Below the pieces are notes generated by a model. The model had not been told where the DNA came from. It saw only the letters and a program-made list of their open reading frames with translations, and searched no databases. The translations under genes were made by a program, and so were the position numbers. 64,000 bases of DNA, from positions 1-64,000 of the forward strand of contig CAXHJY010000214.1 in the NCBI GenBank assembly GCA_964016885.1, in the 5' to 3' direction. Source of the stretch: Eledone cirrhosa (Eukaryota). The first letter of the stretch is position 1. Every line of letters starts with the position of its first letter. Of the stretch, positions 40,392 through 52,679 are shown piece after piece.

Positions 40392-40744
40392 ATAGGCAAC
40401 AATTTCAATATATAAAAAAATGTTGACTTTTGTCCACAGTTTCTATGTCTTGCATATCTACCACTAACAGTTCATACAAATTATGGTAGCTTTCCATTAT
40501 TCCAAGCTTTTGGCAAAAGTTCACATGATATTTTTTCTTCACCTTTGAAATACTAATCTGACCATGGTACTTATGTTCAAAATTATTTTCTTTGTTCACT
40601 TTATTACTCTAATACCTTGTTCTCTTGGTTCCATCAAAATATATGTATCACTCTTCATCCAGTCCTCTCACTGAGATCAAAGGTGCCCTAAGAATAGAAT
40701 CATGGATCCTTCCTTTCCCTCCAGGATTAAGCATTAAAATTATA

Positions 40745-40995
40745 AAATAAATTCCCCATTAGAGGGGCGAACCACCCAGGTTCGACTCAGGTACCCTATT
40801 AATTCTGAACTACCTGACGCTTCGAGGGCAGCCGGGAAGGGCACCAATCTCCCCCTCAAATTAACTAGCCTACAGGCCATTCTCACCATATTCACCCACC
40901 TTTTAGCAAAAGTACTGGGAGGTAACACTTCTCTCTCCACCCTCACTTTCCTTTTAAAGTGAAACTTGAAATAGTCAATGAGGGATTGGACACAT
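40745..40995 (-). mobile_element. Tx1/L1-like LINE 3' terminal fragment
   Basis: LIDYFKFHFKRKVRVEREVL..STFAKRW resembles recalled Tx1 ORF2 C-termini. Confidence 0.5.
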
Positions 40996-41409
40996 CTGAC
41001 CATAAAGGAACAACAGTTGATTCCCATTACCAAATTTGCATAAATAATGTGAATATCTAACTCATGTAAATAGTTAAATATTCCACAGTAATTCTCAGGC
41101 AGAATCAGCATGACACAATGTGTGACAAGGCTGAACCTCTGAATTACAGCACAATCCATTTTATAGGCTTACACACAGTTTCTATTTACCCAATTTCACT
41201 CATAAGGCTTGGGTTGATCTGAGGCTATGGTAAAGACACTCTCCCAGGTGCAATGTAGTGAGATTGAACCTGGGACCTCATGATTGTGAAGACAAATTGT
41301 TAACCACTTATCCATGCTGCCTGCATCCACTAGATAAAGTATTAACTGAGTGATCTCAATATTGAATGAGTGGACTTAATTGAGGAGATGCTCAATGATA
41401 GAGTAATTT

Positions 41410-41612
41410 TTAATCCTTTAGCATTTACATTACTCTATATTTACTATTGTATTTTCACGGTAAATATTCTATATTGAATCTACAAGATTTGGTTATCATT
41501 TATTTTGAGAATACCTTAACATAAGTATGAGCAGCCAGTTTTGACCTGTTTGAACAGAAAGAGGTGAGAGAATTCTGACCAGATACAGCCGGTTTAAATG
41601 CTAATGGGTTAA
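41410..41612. mobile_element. piggyBac-type MITE, copy 4
   Basis: TTAATCCTTTAGCATTTA...TAAATGCTAATGGGTTAA. Confidence 0.85.
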
Positions 41613-41784
41613 TAGAATAACCACCTCAATTTATACTTTAATCACTTATTTTGTTTCTATAAAATACCTGATGTTTATAGAAAGGAAAACTGATTTTAAT
41701 TTGATCTTCAAGCAAACAGGGGTTTATAATGCTGTCATTACTTTAATTTTTTTTTAATGTTAAAAACATTATCTACTGCAACAA

Positions 41785-41901
41785 CATGCATAAGGGATTA
41801 TAAGATGTTTACTAAAGTCATGCATATGGCATGCAGGAACATTTTTACAACTACGCATGCTATTACTTAACTTATATCTTATCCAGTTATTTTTACATGC
41901 A
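41785..41901 (-). promoter_or_regulatory. Cluster of UGCAUG (Rbfox-type) intronic splicing motifs
   Basis: CATGCA on + at 41785, 41819, 41830 and 41896, plus CATGC at 41856: 4 UGCAUG and 1 GCAUG in 117 nt of COG3 pre-mRNA. Confidence 0.6.
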
Positions 41902-41967
41902 CAAAGCAGAAGTTTTAAGATGTACAAATATTTCAAGATGTACAAATATATATACTGAATAAATAAT

Positions 41968-42154
41968 TATTTCTACTTTTGACACAAGGCCAGCAATTAT
42001 GCCAGTGCATTACTGGTGCTTTATTTTATCAATCCTGTAACGATGAAAGGCAAAGCTAACCTTGGTGGGATTTGAACCTATACCATAAAGGGCCATAACT
42101 CTATGCTGCAAAGCATGGTGTCTGACGCTCTACCAATACTGCCAATCCATTGCC
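41968..42154 (-). mobile_element. SINE family A copy with 13-bp TSD
   Basis: TSD CTGAATAAATAAT at 41955-41967 and 42155-42167; reverse-complement core. Confidence 0.88.
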
Positions 42155-42406
42155 CTGAATAAATAATGACTATAAATTAAATAAAACAACAAAACTACTA
42201 TGAAAGGAATCAATGGAATTAATAATTGAGGTGTAGCCTGAATATTTTCCAGTTATTTATCATTTATAGTTGTGACATATTAGTTCTACTACAGCATCAA
42301 CAATTGTGGCTCATCAAGACCTACAAGCAGATAGGACATAGTGAAGCAATACTAAAGCAGATAACAGTTTTTAGAAAAAAACCATAACCATAAAAAAAAA
42401 ACATAC

Positions 42407-42442
42407 CCCAAAGCAATCCCAGAACTGCATTTGGATTTGTAC
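42407..42442 (-). CDS. COG3: Candidate alternative 36-nt COG3 microexon (CTNPNAVLGLLW), phase 1-1
   Basis: Long pyrimidine tract + ttctcacag acceptor and GGG|gtatgt donor; length is a multiple of 3, open in frame. Inclusion turns the next codon into GAT, giving DAA as in the recalled human COG3. No transcript evidence. Confidence 0.6.
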
Positions 42443-42583
42443 CTGTGAGAACTGAGTAAGAAATAAAAGAATTAAATATTGCAAGACACCAAATTAACAG
42501 TTTATAGATAACATTATATTTTGAGTTACTCAAAATTTTCCTCGTTGACAATTCTAAAATTGAAACCTTTGAAATGAGATGTC

Positions 42584-42772
42584 ATCATCATCATCATCAC
42601 TATTTAATAATCCATTTTTCCATGCTAGTATAGGTTAAACGAGTTATCCTGTTGTGAGACAAGGCAGGTCAGATGACCATGTCTTGCTCATACAGAACTG
42701 ATTTTGGCGGTTTCTATAGCTGAATGCCCTTGCTAACACCAACCACATTTACAGTGTGCGCTGGGTGCTTTT
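42584..42772 (-). mobile_element. RTE 3' end copy
   Basis: (CAT)n + TTTTTCCATGCTAG...CTAACACCAACCACATTTACAGTG. Confidence 0.8.
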
Positions 42773-42930
42773 TGTATATTGGAATATTTGGTATTCCAGA
42801 AAGATGATTGATTAGATAGTAATGTGAGAAATTTACAAAGTTGCAAGTGTAATCAGAGTCACATGCTATCAAATTGAACTACTTTTTACAACTGTTTTTT
42901 ACAAATGTTGTTGATGTCATGACATATGCA

Positions 42931-43145
42931 TTAACCCTTTAACATTTACATTACTCTACATTTACTATTGTATTTACACGGTAAGGCTTTACCTCACATA
43001 ATATCAAATCTACGAGATTTTGATATTATCTATTTTGAGAACAATACCTTAACATAAGTATGAGCAGCCAGTTACACCCGGTTTGAACAGGAAGAGGTGA
43101 GAGAATTCTCGATAGATATGGACGGTTTAAATGCTAAAGGGTTAA
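42931..43145. mobile_element. piggyBac-type MITE, copy 5
   Basis: TTAACCCTTTAACATTTA...TAAATGCTAAAGGGTTAA. Confidence 0.87.
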
Positions 43146-44074
43146 GTGAAGGAAAGATGCATGAAATCAATCTCACCATCTCGACCTAGCCTGCTTTGAT
43201 CTGGAAGCAAGATAGCTGAAGGAAAGCCTGAATATTATAGACTACCAACACTTCTATAGTATCTCCTCATACTTTTAGCATTCCACAACAGTTGTTGAAA
43301 GCCCACTTTGTTATTGTTGGATCCACTGTTGTTCTCATCCACTCCATCTCCTTCATATGCTAAGGTAGACATGCCTTAATTCACTAAGAGTTTTAAGAAC
43401 CAACAATTACCCTCACCTGGTTTCAGAGATGGGCAGAATTTCTAGTAGACACTGTTACATAAAGCTCTCAAGTATGACTCCAGCTATGCACAATTAGGTG
43501 TTGATTAAAGCATATATTTTATGAAGAGAACTATGCATGCATTTAAACATGCATATAACATGCTCAATCAATACTAAACAACAACAATATGCAGAAATTT
43601 GATATGTTTGAAAGTTTTTGTACGAGAAAAATGTTTATGTGTGTGTGCGTTTGTGTGTGTTGTATACATACTAGCAATTAATAACTAATAGTTTCCATTC
43701 AGAGAAAACAGTTGTTATATAATGATGATGATGATGACAATGATGATAAGAAATATCGATGGAAATACAGTATTTTTGATAATTTTTTATAACAAAACAA
43801 ACATTTTTCAATGCAAATTGTTTGTCACTAAAATACAGGTGAAATGCTAACACAAAAAAAAATTGAGATAGAGCCAATGAAGGAGGTTTGGTCAACCTGC
43901 TATAAACAGCAACAAAATCTTCCTCAAATCACACCCTACCACCAGATACTGTGATCTTGGGTTTTATGCACATTATAGCTGCTATTATTACAGCTTGAAT
44001 GCCTTTGATCAAAGGTGGAGCTAAACAGCAACTGAGACCATTAACAATAGTGAAAAATGTTTATAAAAACTTAC

Positions 44075-44195
44075 ATTTCATTTTACTAAAATCCAGTGAT
44101 GTTTCCCTAATACTAAAATCAGCCTGGAATGGTGCAATTTGTTCTCGTAGAATCAGCAAATGCTTTATCATAAACATCTGACCATCAAGTAGTGT
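44075..44195 (-). CDS. COG3: COG3 exon ([40 protein letters not shown])
   Basis: [20 protein letters not shown] motif; phase 0-1; donor gtaagt. Confidence 0.96.
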
Positions 44196-44340
44196 CTTTA
44201 AAAACAAAAATCAATGATACACAATTAGTTTTGAAAAATTTCGTTTTTTAGATTTATATAAAAAGACAAATCAATAAGTAAAATAAACAGATTACTTTAA
44301 TATCATTTATTATCAGATGAGAACAATTCTTCATAGTGCT

Positions 44341-44546
44341 TTAACTCTTTAGCATTTACATTACTCTATATTTACTCTATATTTTCATGGTAAAGGTTTT
44401 ATCTCACATAATATCAGATTTTGATATTATTTATTTTGGGAACAATAACTTAACATCAGTATAAGCAGCCAGTTACGGCCAGTTTGAACAGAAAGAGGTG
44501 AGAAAATTCTGGCCGGATACAGCCGGTTTAAATGGTAAAGGGTTAA
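44341..44546. mobile_element. piggyBac-type MITE, copy 6
   Basis: TTAACTCTTTAGCATTTA...TAAATGGTAAAGGGTTAA. Confidence 0.85.
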
Positions 44547-46119
44547 ACCCTCAAAGTAATCATCAATTAGTTCAATGTTTTACCATCAAGCTTATGATAC
44601 AAACTCATAACACTTCAGTCAAAAATTTCATATCAGATCCACACAGGAATTATAATATTTAATTGTATACTAATTCAATACTATATAAGCTATTATTACT
44701 GCATGAATATGTAGTATCAAAATAATATAGAAGTCAAATATAATATAATGTGCTCTAACACAGTCTTTTAATAATGACTAATGAATGTTAAAAATTTTAA
44801 TGAATGATAACTATTAATTGATAAAAATAGTCATATAATGTTAAATAACTTTAAAAAAAACTCCAGAGAAAACTTTAAATATAATATCATCATCATCTTT
44901 TATCATCCACTTTCCATGCTAGCAAGGGTTGGATGGGTTGTCATGGTATATAAATATACTGGTTAACGAACCATGTCTTGCTCACATATTCCATATTTTG
45001 ACACAACTTAAAATATGTTGATTTAAACAGCCAAGTTATTAATCATTTCATTACCATATTTCTAATGAAAGACATTCTCTATGGTTTATAAATAGTTTTG
45101 AAAATAATCAAGAAATTTAGTTATTAAACTGGTGTTTGGAATATAACAGTCATAAAATTATGATGATTAGAGAGATTTGGTTGCTATTTTTTAACAGATC
45201 AAGCAACCACCTGGTGGACTTCATTTGTAGCTCATTTGATATGCTTGGTGTACCAGAGATCATTAAATATATTAAACTTATGATTGGAGTGTATATTCAA
45301 AACAAGATATTAATACACTACAAATTATAGCTACAGTTCTAGTGACTAAGGTATGTAATTTAGGTTAGAGTGAGGCTATTAAATATATATAAATTTTAGC
45401 TTATGTGTTCAAGAAGACATGACAGGAACTGATATATCAAAAATGGTAATTAACAACTGGTAAAGATCAGATTCAATAGTGACCCAGAAATCTAACCTAG
45501 AAATTATACTCCAATTATCATAATACTAAATGATGCTATTATAACTGAGAAAGAATTGAGACTCCCAACAAAGGCTTATGAGTTAGTAACTGGTGCAAAC
45601 CTTCAAAATAATGTTCTAATACTTAACAATATTATCCTCCTAACTTAAAATATACTGATATGTTCAGACTAGCTGGTATTGATGTCAAAAGCAGATTACT
45701 TATTTGAAGAAATTATCTAAATGTTTTCTTTAAAACTAGCATGGTTTTATTTACAGAAGAGCATATAATATAAAATTTAATAATTTATTATATCCAAATC
45801 AAAATATTAGAACAAAATGTTACTATCATTTAAAGATTAATTTTCACAATTGCACAGTGTATATCCAATCTTTTAAACTCTGTGTATACAATATGTATTC
45901 TAGTTTTTTTCATACTGTGTACCTTGGTCTTTAGAATAGGTACACTACACGATATTCCTGCATATTGTAAGTGTCAACAAAAAGGGTTGGCATCAGGAAT
46001 GCTATCCAGCTATACAACTTTGCCTCAAGAAGTTCCATCAACATGAAAAAGTGAATGTGAAAACAATGATGTATGCAGAACTATGTATAATAGTGGAAAT
46101 CAAAATAAAAATGTTTTAC

Positions 46120-46209
46120 CTTTCGTTTCACAATACCTTCTTTGGCAACAGTCAAACTTTTTATACACGATTGTAGAGCTTCTTGTGATAGTCCTTGGAA
46201 TGTTGTACG
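46120..46209 (-). CDS. COG3: COG3 exon (RTTFQGLSQEALQSCIKSLTVAKEGIVKRK)
   Basis: ttcag|...|gtaaaa; FQGLSQEAL motif; 90 nt, phase 0-0. Confidence 0.94.
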
Positions 46210-47011
46210 CTGAAAGTATTGAAACATAAACAATGTAGCAAACAATATATCATCATCAATATGTAATGAAGAAAGCTTCAGGAATTATTAGTGAGCAATA
46301 TAATATGAAATAAAATAAAGTAGTATGGTTAATACAAAGCAATGCGAGATATGTAATAAATGGCTAATAAATTTCAGAAAACCGGTAGTGCAATAGAAAT
46401 ATATAAAGGGCAAAGGATTACAAATAAAACAAAACTAAGTAATGTTTTACCCAGTATATTTCAACATGATATTTCATGGCTATTACCCTATTTTCAATGT
46501 AAAACAAAAAACGGTTCAAAACGCCACAAATAAATAGATTGGAAATACACTAAGCAGAGTGGCTATATAACAGCTCCATACATGTGTAATTTAGGCACTT
46601 AGACCAGTTAGGGAAGAACGCATCGATTGTACATCTTTGTTTTAAATCATCATCAATAACCATTTTTATATGCTTTCCATGTTAGCATGGATTAGAAGGG
46701 GAATTTTATGAGGCAGTGTTTTGTAAGTGGATTCTTGTCATGACACCAACACTTCTAGTTGCCTCTTATAGGGATAAGTAAATAGAAAAAGGACCTTCAG
46801 GTTATCATCAACAGTAACCATTTATATGAAAACATAAAACCTATGATCACTTCTTTTATGGTTGATAATATAAAGCAAGAAACAAAACTGCTTTCTTCAT
46901 TTAAACAGATCTTTAATGTAGATAGTGTAAATCAGACACACAAAAAAGAATTTCATATAGTGTAAAATATTTGACAAGAGTTACACATAAACACAATGTA
47001 AATAATATTTG

Positions 47012-47216
47012 TAATGGTTTCTAATTTAGGCAAAAGGCCAACAGTTTGTGTAAAGGAAAAGTCGATTAGATTAACCTAGTATGTGACTGGTACTTTATTT
47101 TATCTACCTCAGAAGAATGAAAGGCAAAGTTAACCTCGACGGGATTTGAGCTCAGGATGGGAAGAAAGAGTACTAATACTGCAAAGCATTAGTCCAATGC
47201 TCTAATGACTCTGCCC
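47012..47216 (-). mobile_element. SINE family A copy
   Basis: CTGGTACTTTATTTTATC...ATGAAAGGCAAAGTTAACCTCG. Confidence 0.8.
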
Positions 47217-47217
47217 T

Positions 47218-47380
47218 TAGAGTATGGCTAAGAGGCTAAGAAATTCAATTCTCAATTATAAGGTCCTGGGTTCAATCCTACTGCAAGGCATTTTGGGTAA
47301 GTGTCTCTACCATAGCCTTGAGTCAACCAAAACCATGTGAGTAGAATTGGGGTGACAGAAACGGTGTGGAAGCCTGTTAG
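47218..47380 (+). mobile_element. tRNA-derived SINE family B (other copies at about 6740-6885, 41165-41325, 57110-57230 and 63520-63635, all minus)
   Basis: A-box-like TGGCTAAGAGG and B-box-like GGTTCAATCC, followed by the GGGTAAGTGTCTCTACCATAGCC body shared among copies. Confidence 0.7.
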
Positions 47381-47701
47381 ATATATTGTACCTGTAATTC
47401 AAAGGGTGTCACATAATGTCTCATGCTGATTTTGGCTGAGAATTGCATTAAAGATACACATGTCTCTGGAATATTCAATCACTTACAGATTAATTCCTGA
47501 TTCAAATACACAGTTGATAAAAAGACTGAATGCTCATAGTCGAAACTAATGTAGGATCCTTCAATATTTTTTATATGAACTTATTAATTAAACACACACT
47601 CTAAAGAATATTCACAAGATTTACCATTATAGACATATATACACACACACCTTTGCAAACGCACTTATTTCAATAAGTATAACTGTAAAAATACAACTTA
47701 C

Positions 47702-47811
47702 TGCAATACACCGATAAAGTTTAGACAAAGTAACCAGAGTTCTCCTTACTGTTGGATACCACATACCATGGAGATCAGCAGGTGACATGGGCATTGAAGA
47801 TGAGTTAGCTT
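47702..47811 (-). CDS. COG3: COG3 exon ([36 protein letters not shown])
   Basis: ORF 47627..47824; [17 protein letters not shown] hallmark motif. Confidence 0.96.
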
Positions 47812-48111
47812 CTAAAAGATACAAATGTTTTCAAACTTCACAAATCATTGAATATTTCACTAATTTCAATATAACAAACTTTTAATATTTGCAACTTTAA
47901 TAATGATGTCAAAATTATTTACTACAATCTATTATAAATGTGTATATACAGTGTATATATATATATATCATCATCATCATCATCATCACCGTTTTACATA
48001 TATATATATAGGCCCCTTCAGTTGTGTTATAAAACATGACAATCTCCATAATCCTGGTACTGCAATAAAATGCATTCAGTAGAGCGTTGATACTTCATTC
48101 CTGCTCCTTAT

Positions 48112-51100
48112 ATATATATCATCATCATCATCACCGTTTTACATCCGTTCTTCCACGCTAGCATGGGTTAGACGGGTTGTCCTGTTGTGGGCAGTGTCTG
48201 GTCGGCTGACCATGCCTTGCTCATACAGGAACTGATTTGGCTTGATTTCTACAGCTGGATGCCCTTCCTAACACCAACCTCATTTACAGTGAGTGCTGGG
48301 TGCTTTTTCGTGACGCCTACACGTCCACTTTACAGTGTGGGCTGGGTGCTTTTTTGCCGTGGCACCTCCACGACCACCTTGCGGTGGGGGGTGTGGGGGC
48401 ATATTGTTTATATGCTTCAGCTTGTACCCATGGGAGGTCGGGTACTCTGTATTACTGCGTGACGCCAGAGGTCACGGTCGTGTGTCATTGCCTTTGAGAG
48501 GTGTAATTGGGTAAGGTCGGCTTTTATCACCTCATCCCAGGTCATCTTGGGTCTCCCCACTCCGCGGTTTCCATCGACTTCTAGTGCTCTGCACCTTTTT
48601 ATGCAGCTGTCATCCTTCATACGCATCACATGTCCATACCAGCGCAACCGCCTCTCCTGCACACAGCATTTGATTCCTCTTATGCTCAGTCTCTCTCTCA
48701 ATTCATTTATGCTTTGTCGTTCACGTATATTACTGTTACACATCCATCGGAGCATGCAGGCTTCGTTTCTCTCTAATCTACTTAAGTCTTCCACCTTCAG
48801 TGCCCAGGTCTCACTACCATGCAACATCGCTGTTCGGATACACACATCATACAGTCTGCCTTTCATTCTGAGGGAGAAGCCTTTTGCAGATAGCAGTGGT
48901 AGTAGTTCCCTAAACTTCTTCCATCCCGTTCTTACCCTAGTTATTGTATTTTCTGAACACCCACCTCTGCTGCTAATTCGGTCACCTAGGTAGCAGAAGC
49001 TGTCTACTGTTTCTACAGGGCCCTCCCAGAGATTGGTGGTACTTGTTTCCTGTGGCTGTCTGCTGCTTGCTGTCACAGCACAGCTGCTGCATATGAATCC
49101 TACATTCTTAATTAAGCTTCCTGAGATCCCGCTACATCTCTTGTGTACCCATTGTTTGCATTTGGGGCAGAGAATGGAGTTCCTACCTACACCTTTCCTA
49201 CATACTGAGCAAGGCCATTTCCCTGAGGGGATCTGGGTTCTGTTTTCTCGTCTACTTACAAGAACCTTAGTCTTTGTCATGTTGACTTTGAGACCCTTTC
49301 TTTCTAGTCCCTGCTTCCAAGTTTGGAATTTATTCTCTAGTTCTACCATAGATTCAGCTATAAGTGCAAGGTCATCAGCATACAGGAGTTCCCATGGGCA
49401 TCCGGTCTTAAACTCCTCCGTTATTGCCTACAGGACTATGATGAACAGGAGAGGGCTAAGAACAGAGCCCTGGTGGACCCCAACCTGTACTCATTGCTAA
49501 TCCTAACTTTGCTGACTGCTCCCCTATACATGGCTTGTACCGCTTTCACAAGCCATTCATCTACTCCTAGTTTTCTAAGAGCCCACCAGATTACAGCACG
49601 TGGAACTCTGTCAAAGGCTTTCTCAAGGTCGACAAATGCCAAGTAGAGTGGCTTACTTTTAGCTAGGTACTTTTCCTGTAATTGCCTCACAAGGAAGAGG
49701 GCATCAGTGGTGCCTCTTCCTGGTACAAACCCAAATTGCATCTCGTCTATTTTCACCCGGTCCCTAATCAGCTGTGCTATAACTCTTTCTGTTACTTTCA
49801 TGACCTGGTCCATCAACTTTATACCTCTATAGTTTCCTCTATCTAGTGCATCGCCTTTACCTTTGTAGCAGTTGACAATGATGCTACTGCACCAATCTTT
49901 TGGTATGGCCCCTTCTAGTATTACCTGGTTAACGATACGTGTGGTTATAGTGTGACCTACAGACCCAGATGCCTTCAGCATCTCGGCAGCTATACCCAAT
50001 GGACCGGTTGCCTTCCCCATCTTCATATCTTTGATTGCCTTACTTACTACGCTGCTGCTGACTTGTACTGCTGGTCCCTCTATAGGGTCTACTTGGGGTA
50101 GGGTCTCTTCTTCCCATGCATTCTCCTCATTTAGTAATCTATCATAATGACTCTTCCATGCATCTTTCTTCTCAGCACTTGTGAGGGCAAGCTCACCTTT
50201 ATCATTCCGGATACACTTCTCTCCAATGACATCACAACTATCTCTGACACACTGCCTCGCAATCTTGAATACCTCCTGTTTCTGGTCCCCACGTTGTAAA
50301 ACATGCTTGAATTTTCTATCCTCTGCTTCCCTCCTAGCTAAGTATACTTGTCGCCTAGCTTCCCTCTTGGTCTCTATGTAATGTACCCTGCTCCCCCCGT
50401 TCTTCCATTCTTTCCATGCCTGTCTCTTGGCCTTAACTGCTTCATCTACCTTATTGTTCCACCACCAAGTCACTCTCCTCCTGCCACAGACCTCATCCGT
50501 CGCCTCTAGTAAATTATTTTTTAGGAACTCCCAGTTCTCTTCTACGTTAAATGTCTCTATCTGTTCTTCTTTACTGTCGTAGGCGTTGAGTAAAATATCT
50601 TTAAATCTGTTACTGGTTGAGGGGTCTTTCAGCTTCCAGATCTTTCTTCTCCAGGTTGGCCTCTGTTTCCAGGTTCGTCTAGTTCTGACTGTGAGGTCGC
50701 TGACAACTAAGCTATGTTGGGATGTACATTCCTCACTAGGGAAGGCTTTTGTGTTTACGACCGTCCATCTGTCACGTCCTCTGATGAGGATAAAATCTAT
50801 CTGACTAGAGTGCTCCCCTGATCTATAGGTGATCAGGTGGTTGTCGGGTTTTTTAAAGTTTGTGTTACATATCGACATGTCATTGGCGTCGCAGAATTCT
50901 AGAAGTCTGAATCCTTCCTCATTCCTTGTGCCAACTCCATGGCCTCCATGTACTCTATTGAAGCCGTCGCAGTGTTTACCTACGTGTCCGTTAAAATCTC
51001 CTGCGATGATTAGGAAGTCCTTGTCGTCTGTTAGAGCAGTAGTGTGCATTAGGGACTCGTAAAACCTATCCGTAAGTTCGTCTGGCAGCCCCGATTGGGG

Positions 51101-51152
51101 TGCGTAAGCTGATATTATTGTGGTAATTGTCTTATTCAGGACTAGTCTGAGT
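48112..51152 (-). mobile_element. RTE-clade LINE, 5'-truncated, inactivated
   Basis: ORF 49436..51049 (partial AP endonuclease GDFNGHVG, SQIDFIL; RT NYRGIKL, QFGF, FVDLEKAFD). Frameshift near 49490, TAG in IVL*AIT, YADD at about 49371-49382, then ORF 48417..49349. 3' UTR ends in a (GAT)n tail inside (TA)n. Confidence 0.95.
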
Positions 51153-51167
51153 TTATATATATATCCT

Positions 51168-51910
51168 TATCATCATCATTATCATAATTTTTACATACAT
51201 TTTTCCACGCTTGCATGAGTTGGATGGGTCCTTTTCAACACAGCATCTCTTCACCATCTCTGTGAGTTTGAATGATTTGAAATCAGCTCTCAACACCTCC
51301 ACCCAGGGATTCCTTGATCTTTCTCTACTGTGACTTTTACTGAGATTTCCTGCTACTTAAGTTTTAAACTCCTCTATCATGGCTTGGAGAACTATAATGA
51401 ACAGAAGTGGATTGAGAACCAAATCCTGATGAACTTCTACCTATACCTTGAATTCCTCACTAAACTCCTTTCCTACTTCTCTCTACTGACAGCTCATCTG
51501 TACATGATTTGCACTGCTCTCACAAGCCATTCTTATACACCTAATTTCTTTAGGGATCACCATATTGAGGTACTCTGTCAAAGGCCTTTTCTACATCAAC
51601 AAAAACCTAAATATAGTGACTCATTATTGGCTAGGAACTTCTCTTATAGTTGTTTCACAAGGAAGAAGGTAAGTGTAGTACTTCACCCAGGTACAAAACC
51701 AAACTACATATCACCTACTTTGACTCTTTCCCTAACTAGCAATACTAGATCTTTCCCTCACCTTTGTAACTTGGCCCATTTGTTTCATTCGTTTGTAGTT
51801 GCTCCTTTCAAGAGTATCACCTTTTCCCTTGTAGCAATTTACAATTGTACTGCTGCACCAGGTTGCTTCAGTACACTCAGCCACATCATACACTGTCATG
51901 CTGAATCTCG
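51168..51910 (-). mobile_element. Older degraded RTE LINE fragment
   Basis: STIVNCYKGKGDTLERSNYK (ORF 51732..51923) and EKAFDR-like remnants; same (GAT)n-tailed 3' end at about 51170. Confidence 0.8.
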
Positions 51911-52157
51911 CTGAGAACCACATTGAGCATACATGTGTCTGGTGAATGCTCAGTCACTTGCACGTTAATATCACGTGCTTCATAGATCAAACAATTGGAA
52001 CAGTCATCATCAGAACCAGCAGAGGTCTAACAAGTCTAAATGATAAAATATTCTTTCTAGCCAGATTTTAAACACTAAATATTGAGTTCTGTAAGTTTTC
52101 TAAATAAGCCTGCAATATAGATGCCAAATACACCAGAAAAAAAAAATATATATATAT

Positions 52158-52159
<2 letters not shown>

Positions 52160-52245
<86 letters not shown>
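52160..52245. repeat. (TG)n microsatellite
   Basis: Directly visible. Confidence 0.97.
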
Positions 52246-52513
52246 CGTGCGCGTGCGCCTGCACATGTGTGCGTAGCTAGTTCTGGCTGCTGTGTATATT
52301 TAATTAAGAATAGGTATGTAACTGGCATGGAATTATGTCCCTTTAAAAATAAAAATTCTTAAAATTTTGGTTTTTAATAAACAGTGATTAATGAAGTAGG
52401 TACCGGACTGAAATAAGTACTTGTGTCAATGTAATCACTTAAAATCTTTAAAGGCTGTGCCTCAGCATGGCCTCATTACAGTGATTGAAACCAATAAAAG
52501 AATTAAATTATAC

Positions 52514-52679
52514 CTGAAGATGGTCCTATAACTTCAGTGAAGCCATCACTGTCAACTTTCTTACTTTCTTCTGTTGATTCTTCAACTGCATTTATTTGAG
52601 CAACTTCTAAACTTGTGCTTGAAGCATTTGATGCATTTCTAGAGTGTTGCTGAGTTTTCCTAATATTTTCTGATATACT
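52514..52679 (-). CDS. COG3: COG3 exon, low-complexity linker (SISENIRKTQQHSRNAS...VIGPSS)
   Basis: ORF 52503..52685; ttttgcag|...|gtataa; phase 0-1 fits both neighbours. Confidence 0.88.

Noticed and set aside
47218-47290. tRNA-like A/B boxes
   Set aside because: Head of a multi-copy SINE with no intact cloverleaf; not called as a tRNA gene.
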